Shown in pieces: positions 13,143-25,276 of a DNA stretch of 64,000 nucleotides. The DNA lies in assembly GCA_013239625.1 (NCBI GenBank), contig MU053416.1, positions 109,562 through 173,561 on the forward strand, given 5' to 3'. The notes under the pieces were generated by a model. It made no database searches, was not told the DNA's origin, and saw only the letters and a list, made by a program, of their open reading frames with translations. Source of the stretch: Lama guanicoe (lineage: Eukaryota). The position numbers were made by a program, and so were the translations under genes. Position 1 is the stretch's first letter. Each line of letters opens with the position of its first letter.

Positions 13143-14298
13143 CTATAGAGAAAAATAAAAGGTCCAAAACATCATTCAGTGAGGAATTCCTCCAAGGACC
13201 TGACTCCAGAGTCTACAATCAGGTGTGCTGGCTGCTCCTACCCCTAGACTTGGGGTGAAGGTGGATTATTGATCAGCACCACCCCTGGTGGCCCAGCTCC
13301 TGGGCTTGGCTGCCCAGAGGGGGCTCGGTGAATGTGTAAAGCCAGGGCACTCAGCAAGAGCACAGAGGCCCTGCCCTCACCCCTCTGCACTTGTAAACCA
13401 TTCCCCAAATCTCAAGGCATCGGACAGAGAGCAGCCACCACAATAAGGAGATGCTCCCATCTCTTTATTCACTCCTGTTGGTTCACTTACATGCTGAGCA
13501 TCCACTGGGTCACAGGACATGACACACAGGATGGCCGATGGGACAGGCTTGGTCCTTCCCCCTGGACGCTGTTCAATCTGATGGAAGAATGATCAGACAT
13601 AAACAATTTCTCAAAAGATTATATAGACCGAAGACAAACTGCAGAGTGAATCAAACTTTAAAATATGTATGAAGATCCCTCAGTCTCCCTGCCTAAGGTT
13701 AACAACATAAAGCAAAAAGATCTTGTCTTTGATCACAAAGGAAATGGTCACCCCTCTCAGGAGGAAAGGAGAGTTATTCTTTGAGCAGGACACAGAAGTG
13801 CTCCATCGGATTGGACCAGGACCTCTGCATTCATTCAACAAATCTGTATAAGCTCCTCCTACATATGGGAATCTAGAAACTAGACCCATTCCCAAGGATC
13901 TTGGGCTTTATTAGTCAACAAAATAGACCGGACTCCCCATCACTGGGGGCTCAGAGTTTTAGCAGAGTAAACAGGCAGCATGTTGGAGGTAGCAAGAGCT
14001 TGGGAAAAAAAGAGTAATATGAGCAAACTCAGGTGATGGCGGTTGGGTGGGAGGCAGGCAGGAGGGAATAAGCAAATCCTGGCAGATTTCACGAAGTCAT
14101 GAACTTGAATTATAATAGATCCTGAGGAAGAAAGAAGAGCCAGAGCCAGAGGCCCCCAGAGTGAGGGGGAGAGTGTGGGCGGAGAGGCACAGCATGCCGG
14201 GTCCTGGAAGTCTTCGTGATGACTTTCGCTTCTAATGAAATGGTGACCCTTTTAGTCAGTTTTGATGGGATGGGTGATGTAGTCCAATTTATGCTTTT

Positions 14299-14417
14299 GT
14301 TTTGGATTTTTTTGGGGGGAGGTTAATTTATTTATTTTAATGAATGTGCTGGGGATTGAACCCAGGATCTCATGCATGCTAAACATGCACTCTACCATTG
14401 AGCTACACCCACCCCCT
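14299..14417 (-). mobile_element. tRNA-derived SINE (camelid type)
   Basis: Reverse strand reads ggggtgggtgtagctcaatggtagagtgcatgtttagcatgcatgagatcctgggttcaatccccagcac with an A-rich tail. 14-bp TSD caatttatgctttt (14285-14298) / caatgtatgctttt (14418-14431). Confidence 0.85.
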
Positions 14418-15058
14418 CAATGTATGCTTTTAAAGGCTCCCTCTGACTCTGTGTGGATGAGAAAAAGTAGAAAAGCAAAGATGGAAGAAGGAGGCTATTT
14501 GGTGTCAAGGAAGGGACTGAAGGTGGCTCCAAGGGGGACAGGGAGTAGGTGGTTAATGAAGACAGAGTGGCCAGAACTTTCTAACAAGCTGGATTTCCTG
14601 TGTGTGTGTGTAAGAGAAAGAGAGAGAAAGAACATGGTTCCAACATCTGGACCTGGACAATGGGAGGGATGTCCTCTCCATCCACAGTGGATGGGTCAAG
14701 GTGGGACTGAGCAGGTGGAAAGGGGCTGGAATCAGCTCCATTCTTCAATGTCATGGTTAAGGGGTCTATTAGATATTGCCATAGAAATGCCTAATAGGTA
14801 GAGAAGTCTGTTTTTTTGCCTTTCTTTTAACATTGAAAAATATAATTTAAATGTATTAATTGTATTATGTGAATGAATTTGGAATTTTGTTTCATGCCAA
14901 GGTATATGTTATAATAGCCAAATGGAAAATATATCAGAAAAGGGGAGAAATGAGGGCTTTCACATAAACTGACTGTCCATAAAATAGGTAAAATTTCAAT
15001 AAAACCAGTCTTCAGTGCAAAAACCTCATCTCGGTGTTACATAAAAATAAATGAAAAA

Positions 15059-16786
15059 ATGGAAGAATCAATATTGTTAAAATGGTCACACTGCCCAAGG
15101 CAATCTACAGATTTAATGCAGTCCCTATCCAATTACCCAGGACATATTTCACAGAACTAGAACAAATCATAATAAAATTTATATGGAACCATCAAAGACC
15201 TAGAATTGCTAAAGCATTACTGAAGAGAAAGAAAGAGGCTGGAGGAATAACTCTCCCAGTCTTCAGACAATACTATAGAGCTACAGTCATCAAGACAGCA
15301 TGGTATTGGTAACAAAACAGACCTATAGACCAATGGAACAGAATAGAGAGCCCAGAAATGAACCCACAAACCTTTGGTCAACTAATCTTTGACAAAGGAG
15401 GCAAGAATATACAATGGAATAAAGACAGTCTCTTCAGCAAATGGTGTTGGGAAAACTGGACAGCAGCATGTAAAACAATGAAGATAGAACACTCCCTTAC
15501 ACCATATACAAAAATCTACTCAAAATGGATTAAAGACTTAAACATAAGACAAGATACAATAAACCTCCTAGAGGAAAACATAGGCAAAACATTATCTGAC
15601 ATACATTTCAAAAATTTTCTCCTAGAAGAAATAAAAGCAAGAATAAACAAATGGGACCTAATGAAACTTACAAGCTTCTGCAGAGCAAAGGAAACCAGAA
15701 ATAAAACAAGAAGAAAACCTACGGAATGGGAGAAAATTTTTGCAAGTGAAACCGACAAAGGCTTGATCTCCAAAATATATAAGCAGCTCATACGACTCAA
15801 TAAGAAAAAAATAAACAACCCAATCCAAAAATGGGCAGAAGACCTAAACAAGCAATTCTCCAAGGAAGACATACAAATGATCAAAAAGCACATGAAAAAA
15901 TGTTCAATATCACTAATTATCAGAGAAATGCAAATCAAAACTACAATGAGGTATCACCTCACACCAGTCAGAATGGCTGTCATTCAAAAATCCACAAATG
16001 ACAAATGCTGGAGAGGCTGTGGAGAAAGGGGAACCCTCCTACACTGCTGGTGGGAATGCAGTTTGGTGCAGCCACTATGGAAAACAGTGTGGAGATTCCT
16101 CAAAAGACTAGGAATAGACTTACCATATGACCCAGGAATCCCACTCCTGGGCTTGTATCCAGAAGGAAATCTACTTCAGGATGACACCTGCACCCCAATG
16201 TTCATAGCAGCACTATTTACAATAGCCAAAACATGGAAACAGCCTAAATGTCCATCAACAGGTGACTGGATAAAGAAGAGGTGGTATATTTATACAATGG
16301 AATACTACTCAGCCATAAAAACCGACAACATAATGCCATTTGCAGCAACATGGATGCTCCTAGAGAATGTCATTCTAAGTGAAGTAAGCCAGAAAGAGAA
16401 AGAAAAATACCATATGAGATCACTCATATATGGAATCTAAAAAGCAAAAACATAAAGAAACAAACAAGAACAAAGCATAAATACAGGACAGAAATAGACA
16501 CATGGACAGAGAATACAGACTTGTGGTTACCAGGGGGGTAGAGGGTGGGAAGGGATAGACTGGGATTTCAAAATTGTAGAATAGTTAAACAAGATTACAC
16601 TGTATAGCACAGGGAAATATACACAAAATGTTATGATAAATCAAAAATTTTATGTCACAGAGAAAAAAATGTGACAATGAGTGTGTATATGTCCATGAAT
16701 GACTGAAAAATTGTGCTGAACACTGGAATTTGACACAACATTGTAAAATGATTATAAATCAATAAAAAATGTTAAAAACACTCAAA
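15059..16786 (+). mobile_element. Young 5'-truncated LINE-1 (ORF2 C-terminal part, 3' UTR, A tail)
   Basis: ORFs 15082-15312 and 15358-16440 are in the same frame, separated by one TAA. L1 ORF2 motifs [28 protein letters not shown] (CCHC) and [10 protein letters not shown]. Perfect 16-bp TSD aaaaataaatgaaaaa at 15043-15058 and 16787-16802. Confidence 0.97.
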
Positions 16787-18046
16787 AAAAATAAATGAAA
16801 AAGGACTATGTTGAGGTGTCATTATTACATGTTACATAATAGCTCCAAACAAACACACTGTTTAACTATGAGGCTTGTATAAATACTATTTGCTTTATTC
16901 ACATAAATACAGAAATGCAGAAAGGTTCTAAGGTAGAATAAGCATCTTTGTGGAAATAATAGAGATCTGAGCATTTTACATGATATGTATGGACTGATTC
17001 AAAATTTGGAAAAGTAATTTACATAGTAGAACATATGTGTGAATGTGAAAGCAAGATGAATGAAAGAAAAAGAATATGAGTATCAGGGAGAGAGTTCCAA
17101 ATGGAAAAGGCAAATCAGGGAGTTTTGGACAAATCGAGAAATTGATGGCATGTCAATTTCCAAATCTGGTTTCTTCCACCAAAGATATAGCAGAGTGATA
17201 GAGAAGAGACCCAGGACCCAACTCCGGGCACATTGGCAGTAAATGTTTGGAAAAAAGAGGAAATGTTGGCAAAAAGAACAGCGAATGGATCAAAAGCAGA
17301 GCGATGTTCTGGAGGCCAAGTAAAGCAGGAACACAGGGGAGGAGGGATGGTAGAGCTGGGTCAAATGCTTCCAAAGGGCCACGCATGATGAAGACTAAAA
17401 CTGACCACTCTATTTAGCAACGTGGGGTCACTGATTGCCTTGACATAGCAGTTTCTATAGAGCAAGGGATCAGGGGAAAAGCCAGAACGGGTGTAAAAGG
17501 GGATGGCTCAAGAGAATATTCAGAGAGTGAGTTTAAACTACTCCTTAAAACTTTGCTGCGAAGACATGGGGTGGCAATTGGTGGAGGTAAATTAGGGTCA
17601 AGGAGTGCTGTTTATTACTTTTAAGAGGATAGACTTTTATATACTGATAAGAGCCAACTAGCAGGAGAACAAAATAGATGAGGTAGTGAGACAGAGGATG
17701 GTTGCGGGAGTGACAGCCCGGAGAAGATGGGAGGAATGGGGCCCCCCCCCGGTGACTTTTGGAGGAACTGGCTTTTGATGTCACCTGTAATAAGAGGTGG
17801 GGTAGCGAGAGTGAGGTCACAGACATCAGAAGGTGAGCAGATGTGCTGAAAGATGCTGGTGAAATTTCTTTTCTGTTGGCTTCAGTTTGCTTGGTCAAAG
17901 TAGAAAAGTAACCTTACCAGCTGAGGAATGAGAAGGAAGAAAGAGTTCCTGGAGTCATGAGCAGAAGATACGAAACAGCCTTCAGGGAGAACGGGACAGT
18001 GAAAAGAGCAGGGGGAGACGGGGGGATTGTGCTTTCAGAAAGTTAC

Positions 18047-18099
18047 ATTTTATCTTTGAGGTCCCCAAGAGTGTGATGTGTGATTACCCTTCCTGCTGT
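18047..18099 (-). pseudogene. Candidate short exon remnant (53 nt, phase 0-2), open frame
   Basis: Acceptor aatttttatttcgtag, donor AT|gtaact. TAGRVITHHTLGDLKDK(I) joins LQLKKQIAL of the 13142 exon. Confidence 0.5.
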
Positions 18100-18589
18100 C
18101 TACGAAATAAAAATTGAGTATGGTTCAGGGAAAATGCTATTTCTTTCTAAGAGGCTGCCTGTTTCTCAGGAATGGTCATTTTAAACTGCAAACATTACAA
18201 AAATGTTGAAAAGATGAACTTGTGTACCCAATGACCAACTATTTTCTATAAATGTGGTTACTATTTAGTTTCCTTATCAATAACACATAACCGATACTGC
18301 CTAGGATGGTGGTACATCAATGCTTAAAAGGAAATGAGATCTGTATCCTTTTCCTAAACTCCATCGCTTCCTTAACATCCCATTTCCCTTGGAATTTAGG
18401 GATGTCTGGTATAAGAAATGAGAAACAGTTTGAGAAAATCCCGGCTCAGAATTACACAGCAAAACCTCAGCTCAGAAGTATACAGCCGTAAAAATGTTTA
18501 GAAGCAAAACTCCGTAACAACTCTTAAAGACTTTTGCAAACCTGGGCCTGCCCAGAACAAACTGGGACTCCAATCACTTGACCGGTACG

Positions 18590-18727
18590 GGAACCAGAGG
18601 CTGCTCAGCCTTTTCTGTAAAAGCCAGAGAGTAAATGTTTTCACTTTTGCAGATCATTTTGTTGTAACCATCCAGGTCTGGTATAAGAAAGCTAAGAGCA
18701 CTAGGAGACAGGAAACAAATGGGCATG
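18590..18727 (+). mobile_element. Truncated MER58-like hAT element
   Basis: ttttctgtaaaagccagagagtaaatgttttcacttttgcagatca...aacaaatgggcatg, ending abruptly where GC-rich sequence starts. Confidence 0.55.
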
Positions 18728-21700
18728 CCCACAGCCTCCCTTCCACTCAGGGCAGCTTCTCTGTGGTGGGGAGCTTTGCCACAATCACTTGTTGCTTTGT
18801 TTCCATTGGCTTCTTTGTTTCCACCTTACTGCTAAAGCTCAGAACTTCAAGTGAGCCTGATCCTTCAGCATCCATGCAGAGACAAGGCTGAGCGGGGGTG
18901 GGGACCCCACCTGACAGCGAAGAATGATTGCTTGTCACCATGACATGAGACAATCACACCTTCTGGGGTGGAAAGGAAGGAAGACAAGTGAGGGGCACAG
19001 CAGTGGGACGCCTGGGTCACCTGCCAGGCTTGCTCTCCCTCCACGGACACCCTGGGTGCCTGGGGGGTGTTGAGCCTCAGCTACAGTGATTTAGCTGAGG
19101 GGACTCAGGATAAAGGACCCTCCACCTCCTCACCGGGTTCCAAACGCAGCCCCTCTAAGTCTACCCTCTGAGTTTCTGGAACTCAGCTGGAAGAATACAT
19201 GAGCAGGCCAGAACCAGAGCCCAAGCCAAACACGTCAGGGGTCACGTGGGGTTCTAACACCATGCTCAGTGGGCGGGGTCTTCTTGCAAATCTGCAGAAA
19301 TCCCTGTTCTGCCTCATTCCTGGGAGAAACCCCACATCTCCTCCTGCTCTGTCTGTTCTTCTCTTGAGGTTATTGTCCTGCAGGGATGCAGAGTCCTGGA
19401 ACCTGGCCCTCCAAACGTACATAAGCAGCCTGTTCAATAAAACAAATTATGCACTTTTTCACATTTGCCAGTTTTTTGATTCCAGAAATGCTGCGGGAAT
19501 CATTCTCACTGTCTCCTGTGCCCCCACCACTTGGTGGCCCTCTGCTCATGGAAACACGATTTCCCACAACTGCACACTGCCTCCCAACTGACCAGAGGGG
19601 AGTGTCCCACAAAGACACAGGTGTTTGTGAGGATCCTGTCCCTCAGCAGAAAGCCTGCTCCTGGGGCCACGGACAGGGATCTGGCCTACTCAGCCGCTCA
19701 GCCTAAACTGGGGACCTCGAACATTGCTGAATGACTTTCTGAGTCACCTGGGCCTGAGGGGCCTGATTTTTCTTTCCAGGAATGGATGTAGTGCAGCCTC
19801 CAATTTCAGGGGCTGACATTCATGATGGATCTAGTTCCCAAAACTGCACCCCAGGAAGGAGAGGCCCTTCCATCCCACTGGTTGGAATCCCAGCCCAGAG
19901 GAGTTCTGAAGCACCGCATCACTGCCAGGTCCATCATCACTGTGGAGTGGCCCCTACCCCTCAATGAGGCCCTTCCCTGGGCCTTCCCTGCCCCGACACA
20001 ACCACACCTCAGGCTGTGCCAGAACTCTGGGGCTCTGCGTGTCCAGGGCACACAGGTGGGACCTGAGTCAGGTGTCCCCTGGGCCTCAAGGGGGAGAGGT
20101 CTGCCTCGGCATCAGGGGAAGTTGACCCCACATGGCTGGCAGGACAATCTCACTATGGACCTCCAGGAGCCCTGGGAGTTGTTTCCCTGCAGGTTTTAGC
20201 AGCCATCATCAGGAGGGCAGGCCCCTCTTTGTACAGACCATCTTGCTGTCCTGGGCCCACGTGCTGACCACAGAAATCTACACGCCTCCAGGAAACCCCA
20301 GGCAGCCTCCCAACTTGGTCACTTGGTGGTCTGGGTATCATGGGCTCCTCGGCTTTCCCATGAGGGTGGTCATGGCAGGCATGGTCTCCAGCTGCTCCCG
20401 TTAAGAAATCCCCCTGGGTTTCTGTGGTCACAGAGCCTACACCAGAAGCTTCCAGTCCTGCAGTGACCCCCACAGCAGTCAGCTCCCCTGTGCATGTCCA
20501 GGGACAAATGACAGCAATTTATTGCCAGGAACCGTGATGAACAAGGGAGTGGGAATCTATACTAAGTTCAGGATCCTGGTAACTCACTCTGCACCGCAAA
20601 GTGCATCCATGAGAAATGTGTGTATTGGGATGTCTGTGCCCCTAGGAGAGCTGCTCCTCAGGGCTCCTGGGACCCTCCAGCCCCTCTCAAGGTTCTCAGA
20701 GCCTGGGCCTAAATTTCTATCTTCCTGCTTTGGTGGAAGGCCGCCTGTGTGTTGTGGTCATGGGTCGCTTTATTGCATGACTTGGCATGTTCTTAGTGCC
20801 TGTCCTCCTCTCCTGCACCCGAGTCCCTAGATGTTCCCACTGACCTTTGGCTCCCTGTGTGGGTCAGGGGCCCTAAGGCTGCCCCCTTCACTCTCCTCCT
20901 CTTCCCCCACCACTGGGACCACCCCTAGATGGACTGGGAGGTTTTTGTAAATGAGTCTTCACGAGGACATGACTGAAGATAGCAGGGCCCCACGCCAGGA
21001 AGCACGCCTGCTTCCTTCTCTGAAGAGGACCCAACAGCCCCACACTGCCTCCCAGAGGTCTACTCAGGACACAGTCCCCCAGTTCTGGGCAAGGCGTCTA
21101 CCTGGAACCCTTGCTTCCAGAAGGATCTCTCTGTCCTTCTTGAGAGTTTAGAGTTGTTCCAGTGTCCCTGACCACCAGAATGCCCAGCACGGACCCTTCA
21201 GAGACCTGAGGAGATGAGGAAGATATGTGGCCACAGGTCTCAGAGGACACATCTGCTGGGACCCCAGGCCAAAGGGCCATCCTCCTCCCTTCTCAGGTGT
21301 GGATACCATGGTAACTTTTTGCAGGGAACCCGCCTGGGGAGTGAAGCCCAGAACAGTTCATGGGGCTCTCTGGGCAGGGAAGACTTAGGCCAGGCGGCCT
21401 TGCCTAATTTCCCTCCTGGGCCAGCTCTGAAAACCTCCAGTTCCTCTGGCTGTGGCTCGAGACCCCCCAGGCCTCAGGGCGGGGCCCTGTCTCTAGGCCT
21501 CCACTGCCTCCATAGCCACGTTGGCGCTGGCTTGGGGAAAGAGCTTTATTGCCCTCTCGTGGCTAAGTTGCCACAGTTGGATGCTGAGGGAGGGTTAGCA
21601 CTTGCTCAGATGTGAGTGGTTAGGCACTTGACACCCTGTCAACTAGCCTTAAAAACTGGAAAGAGGACTTTCCTGGGAAAGACGGAAGTTACTTTCAATA

Positions 21701-22959
21701 ATGTGTCTAAATATTTCTTTTTTTCTTTTTCTTTTTTTTTTCTTAAGGACTCATAAAACTTCTCCCAGGTCATTCCAGGTAAGGACCATTATCCAGGGAT
21801 CAATCAAAAATTAAGGAGAAGAGCGGTGAGGATATGGGGAGAGAAGAGGGTAGATCAGAGCCCACGGAGAGAAGATGCCCCTCCCTGGGGCCGCACACTG
21901 GGCAGTGGCTGCTTGCATCCAGCTCTCCTGTTCTCAGACCCATTTCATCCGGGGGGTGTTTCCAAAAGAAATAATGGTGGAAGGGCCGTGGAGGACACCT
22001 AGACCTCCCAGAATGGACAGCGGGGGCAGAGTCACCATGCTGGCCCTGGGCTCTGTAGCCGGACTTGCAGTGGAGACCACAGGTCTTGTGAGAAGCGACT
22101 CCCAGCGTGTTCAGAGCTGTTTCGGGCTCTGTCCCAGCTGGAGAGTGCAAAACCCAACCTCCAGAAAAAGGGGAAAGGCCCCCCACTCGCCAGATGGTAT
22201 TGCCTTTTTTAGGGAACAGTGATCTTTTGTTGTGAGATGTTTTGCAGCTCTCTCTAGAAACTGCTTTGGCTTAAGTTTGCATCCTAGTCACCAGTTCCAG
22301 GGCAACAGAAAAAGCATACCCTACATCCTTTTGCACTCAAATCTTCCCTAAAAAGCAATTATTTGCCCATGAAAATGCCAGCCGTTCTTCTAAGGCCCCC
22401 TAAATACCCAGCAGTGTGGGCGGTGCACTCTTGATCAGGGACAGGAGGAGAGGGATCAGTGGTCCTCCGGCAGGCTTGGCCCGGTGTGGCAACTGCGCTG
22501 TGGGTGCATGGTGGGGAGGGCCGTGCATGGAATCCTGTTTGAGGGGCCTCTGCGCACGCCTGCATTATGGTCTGAGGTTTCATACAAAGGCTCCAGGCGT
22601 CCTAAGTGGTCAGATACAGCCCCCACCCTCGGGCTGGAGCCACCAGAAGCTCAGTACCTCTAACAGGGACAGTGCCAGGTGTGGGGAGAGGTCATGGGAC
22701 ACTCCGGGGTCAGGGGTGGTGGTGCTGGGAAGGCAGGGGATGCAGTGAATGGTGGAGGGAGCAGGTCACTTGCTCGGGGGTGAGAGTTCGTGGGGAGACC
22801 ACAGAGCATGGAACACACCATCCCCACCCCATACCCCAAATTCCTAGCCCTGCCAACACAGGGGCCGCTCCGCACCCTCTCACCGTGGCTCTCCTTTGAG
22901 ACCCCACCCAACCCTGTATCTGGAACCTCTGCCCTACCTACCCTCTTGAGAAAGATCCT

Positions 22960-23880
22960 GTCTTCTTGGAAACTACCCAGCAGCGCGAACTCAAGGCCGG
23001 CAGCGGTCCTGGCGGATCTGCACTTCAGGTGCCCTACCTGGCCAGCCGTGCGTGCCTGGGCTCAGTCCTCTATCTTTCCCACCCGCAGCCCGGGTCCAGG
23101 TCCGGTAAAAGCGGAGGCCGCGGAGCCCAGGCCAAGCCCCGCACACTGACAGGTGAGTGTGCCGCTGCCTCGCTGCCCCGCTGCCCCGCTGCCCCGTTGC
23201 CCCGCTGCCCCACCCACTGGTGGCAGCACCGCCCCAGCCTCCGCCCGGCGCCACCTGCAGATGAGGACGTCTGCGCCTCCCCGACCGCCCCGGCCCCGCC
23301 CAGCTGTCCCATAAGCCTGCCCCCACCCCCGTCCTGGCCGCGCCCTGGCTCCCATTGGCTCCGCAAGTTCTGCCCTCGCACGTCTAGCCTCGGGAGGACG
23401 CAAGACGCAAGCGCTAGGGGAGGGTCCCGCGGCGTTGCCATGGCTACAGGCGCCGCGCTCTGCGCGGCCCGGCGTGCGCTTCTGGGGTAGGGAGCGGGCT
23501 CCGGAAGTGTGCAGCTGCCCGGGACCGTGGCGGTGCTTGCTGCTGGTGATGGCGGCTTGCTTGACTGGGCGACTAGTTCTAGCCTGGTCAGTCGGCGGCC
23601 GACATCCTGTCTGAGGCGGCGTCTCACAGACGGTAAACGTACGGCCGCGTCGTTGGCGGGGACGATGGACATGGACCGGTGTGGGATCCGGGTTGGGGTG
23701 GAGGGCGGAGAGTGGCTGTGATACCGGGGAGCGGGTTGGGTCGGGGGGGGGACAGGGCTGGGGCACAGCCTCGGGCTTTCTTCCCCCTCTGGTGCTGGGG
23801 CTGGGGCCGCGAGTCCAGGTAGCCCTAGGTTGTAGTGGCCTCCCAGAACCCCCCGGGAAGGGCAGGCGGAGTACCCGTCT
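22960..23880. promoter_or_regulatory. CpG island / promoter of the POFUT2-derived segment
   Basis: Dense CpG and GC boxes. Reverse CCAAT (attgg, ~23354), RFX X-box-like GTTGCCATGGCTAC (23434-23447), ETS site CCGGAAGT (23501-23508) just before exon 1, and a GCTGCCCC-like tandem at ~23163-23210. Confidence 0.85.
23501..23632 (+). pseudogene. POFUT2: POFUT2 pseudogene exon 1
   Basis: Reads [17 protein letters not shown](R), matching recalled POFUT2 [20 protein letters not shown]. TAG at 23574 and 23580. Probable start codon decayed to GTG (23527). Donor CG|gtaaac, phase 2. 5' boundary approximate. Confidence 0.9.
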
Positions 23881-24291
23881 TAGATGAAGCGGGGCATTTC
23901 CCGGGCTTTGAAGAGCCCCAGAATCCGATGTTGGAATGGGGTGTTTTATCAGCCTTGTTTATCTGCAGGGAAATTTTAGTTCCACCCAGATGTTGGATCC
24001 TTCGATAAACCTCAGGAATAAGACACAAGGGTCAGTGCCGATTAGCAGTTATCTAGGGCTTGACTCAAAATAGACTGTGTGGTCTGTAGGGATGGTAGAT
24101 GGGCCCTCCTTCTCAAGGTTGGCAGTCTTCTGGGATTAGAGGCCCCAGCTAGGATTACATCCTCATCTGCAGTAATGGAGGTTTTGGGAAACATTAACAC
24201 AGAGAAGGGAGGGGTGTGGCTGCTGTAACTCATTAAAGAAGCCAGGACCCTTGCCTGGCTCTTGTATAGGACAGTCTCGCCTAGGGTAGGG

Positions 24292-24760
24292 CAGCAGTTA
24301 TCAAAGTGTGTCCGAGGCCCCTGAGATGCAAGACTATTTTCTTAGAAACGCCGGGATGTCACCTGCCTTTTGCACACTCTTGCTCTCCCAAGTTTCCTGT
24401 GGGGTTTTCCAGGGAAAACCTGGTCTGTGATATCACAAAACAGGGAATGCAGAGGCAGATAGGAGAATTCAGCTCTCATCAGTCCTAAAGAGATTTGCAG
24501 AAATTAAAATCACTGCTATTTTTCTCACTAATGATTTTTGTTTTGAAAAATATACATTTTTTGTTTAAGAGTATTAATGGTAACGTGTAGTAGGTTGTTA
24601 TTATTTTTAAGTGAACTCATAAGCGTTTTTTTAATGTTCTTATTTAACTTCTAACACAGGAACTATTGATAGATTTAACCCACATAAACAGCAGCCTTTT
24701 GGAGTCCTCAGAAATTAAGAGTGTACAGGGGTCTGTAGGCCAAGAAGCTTGAGAGCACCT
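24292..24760. mobile_element. hAT-Charlie-type DNA transposon remnant in POFUT2 intron 1
   Basis: Termini cagcagttatcaaagtgtgtcc...aagaagcttgagagcacctg with Charlie-like internal phrases (aaagagatttgcagaaat, aaacagcagccttttggagtcctca). Confidence 0.55.
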
Positions 24761-25025
24761 GGAGAACGGGTGCTCAGGTGATAGGTGCTTAGCGGTGTTA
24801 GACAGATGCCAAGATGTCTTCTGCATGTGCTCCTGGACTCGAAGTAATTGGCCACATGGAGATGGGTGGGCAGTGCCTCCACTATATAAACCAAAAGCTG
24901 CTGAATGTGTCTGGAGACTAGGCCATGTGCTGTGCAGGGATTCCCATTGTATCTGTTCTATCTAAGCCGGGATTCCTGTGCAGAGGCCTGGCCCTGAAGA
25001 CCCACTCGCCTTTGCTCCCTGCCAG

Positions 25026-25276
25026 GTACTTTCTGTGTGACGTCAACCCTCCAGAGGGCTTCAGCCTCCGTAGGGGCATCTGTATCCACATCGCCTTCCT
25101 CCTGAAGACCCTGCTGAAAATGGAGGAGTCGGTGCTGGTGCTACTGTCTTGGGGCAGCTTCTACCAATGGCAGGGCCTGGACATCCACCAGGTCCGGATT
25201 CACTGGTCTGATTTTTTTGATCTCTCATGTCTCAACATAAACATACCTGACACTGAGTACGAACAGTTCAATGCAG
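25026..25276 (+). pseudogene. POFUT2: POFUT2 pseudogene exon 2 (251 nt, phase 2-1)
   Basis: Acceptor cctttgctccctgccag, donor AG|gtgagg. Reads [66 protein letters not shown]...EYEQFNA, versus recalled [66 protein letters not shown]...EYEQFIA. Confidence 0.95.

Larger units (their letters stand above)
5432..18099 (-). pseudogene. Unprocessed pseudogene fragment (3' part of an unidentified multi-exon gene)
   Basis: Six exons with AG/GT borders whose splice phases chain 0-2, 2-1, 1-2, 2-0, 0-2, 2-stop: 18099-18047, 13142-12982, 11314-11251, 9648-9522, 7307-7195, 5821-5432. Several in-frame stops and one frameshift. Confidence 0.65.

Noticed and set aside
14345..14417. tRNA gene (also at 39192)
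   Set aside because: The tRNA-like head has an A-rich tail, a TSD at the first copy and no intact acceptor stem, so it is a SINE.
15516..15938. Hydrophobic ORF antisense to L1 (also 26263-27056 on the plus strand) as a membrane protein
   Set aside because: This is the usual antisense reading of A-rich L1 ORF2.
18404..18690. Exact 15-bp direct repeat gtctggtataagaaa (18404 and 18676) as a TSD
   Set aside because: The enclosed sequence is not a single element, the second copy is inside the MER58-like remnant, and a few such matches are expected by chance in 64 kb.
22966..23887. Long ORFs (174-234 aa) over the CpG island
   Set aside because: Stop-poor GC-rich sequence explains them. The only recognisable homology is POFUT2 exon 1, in a frame containing stops.
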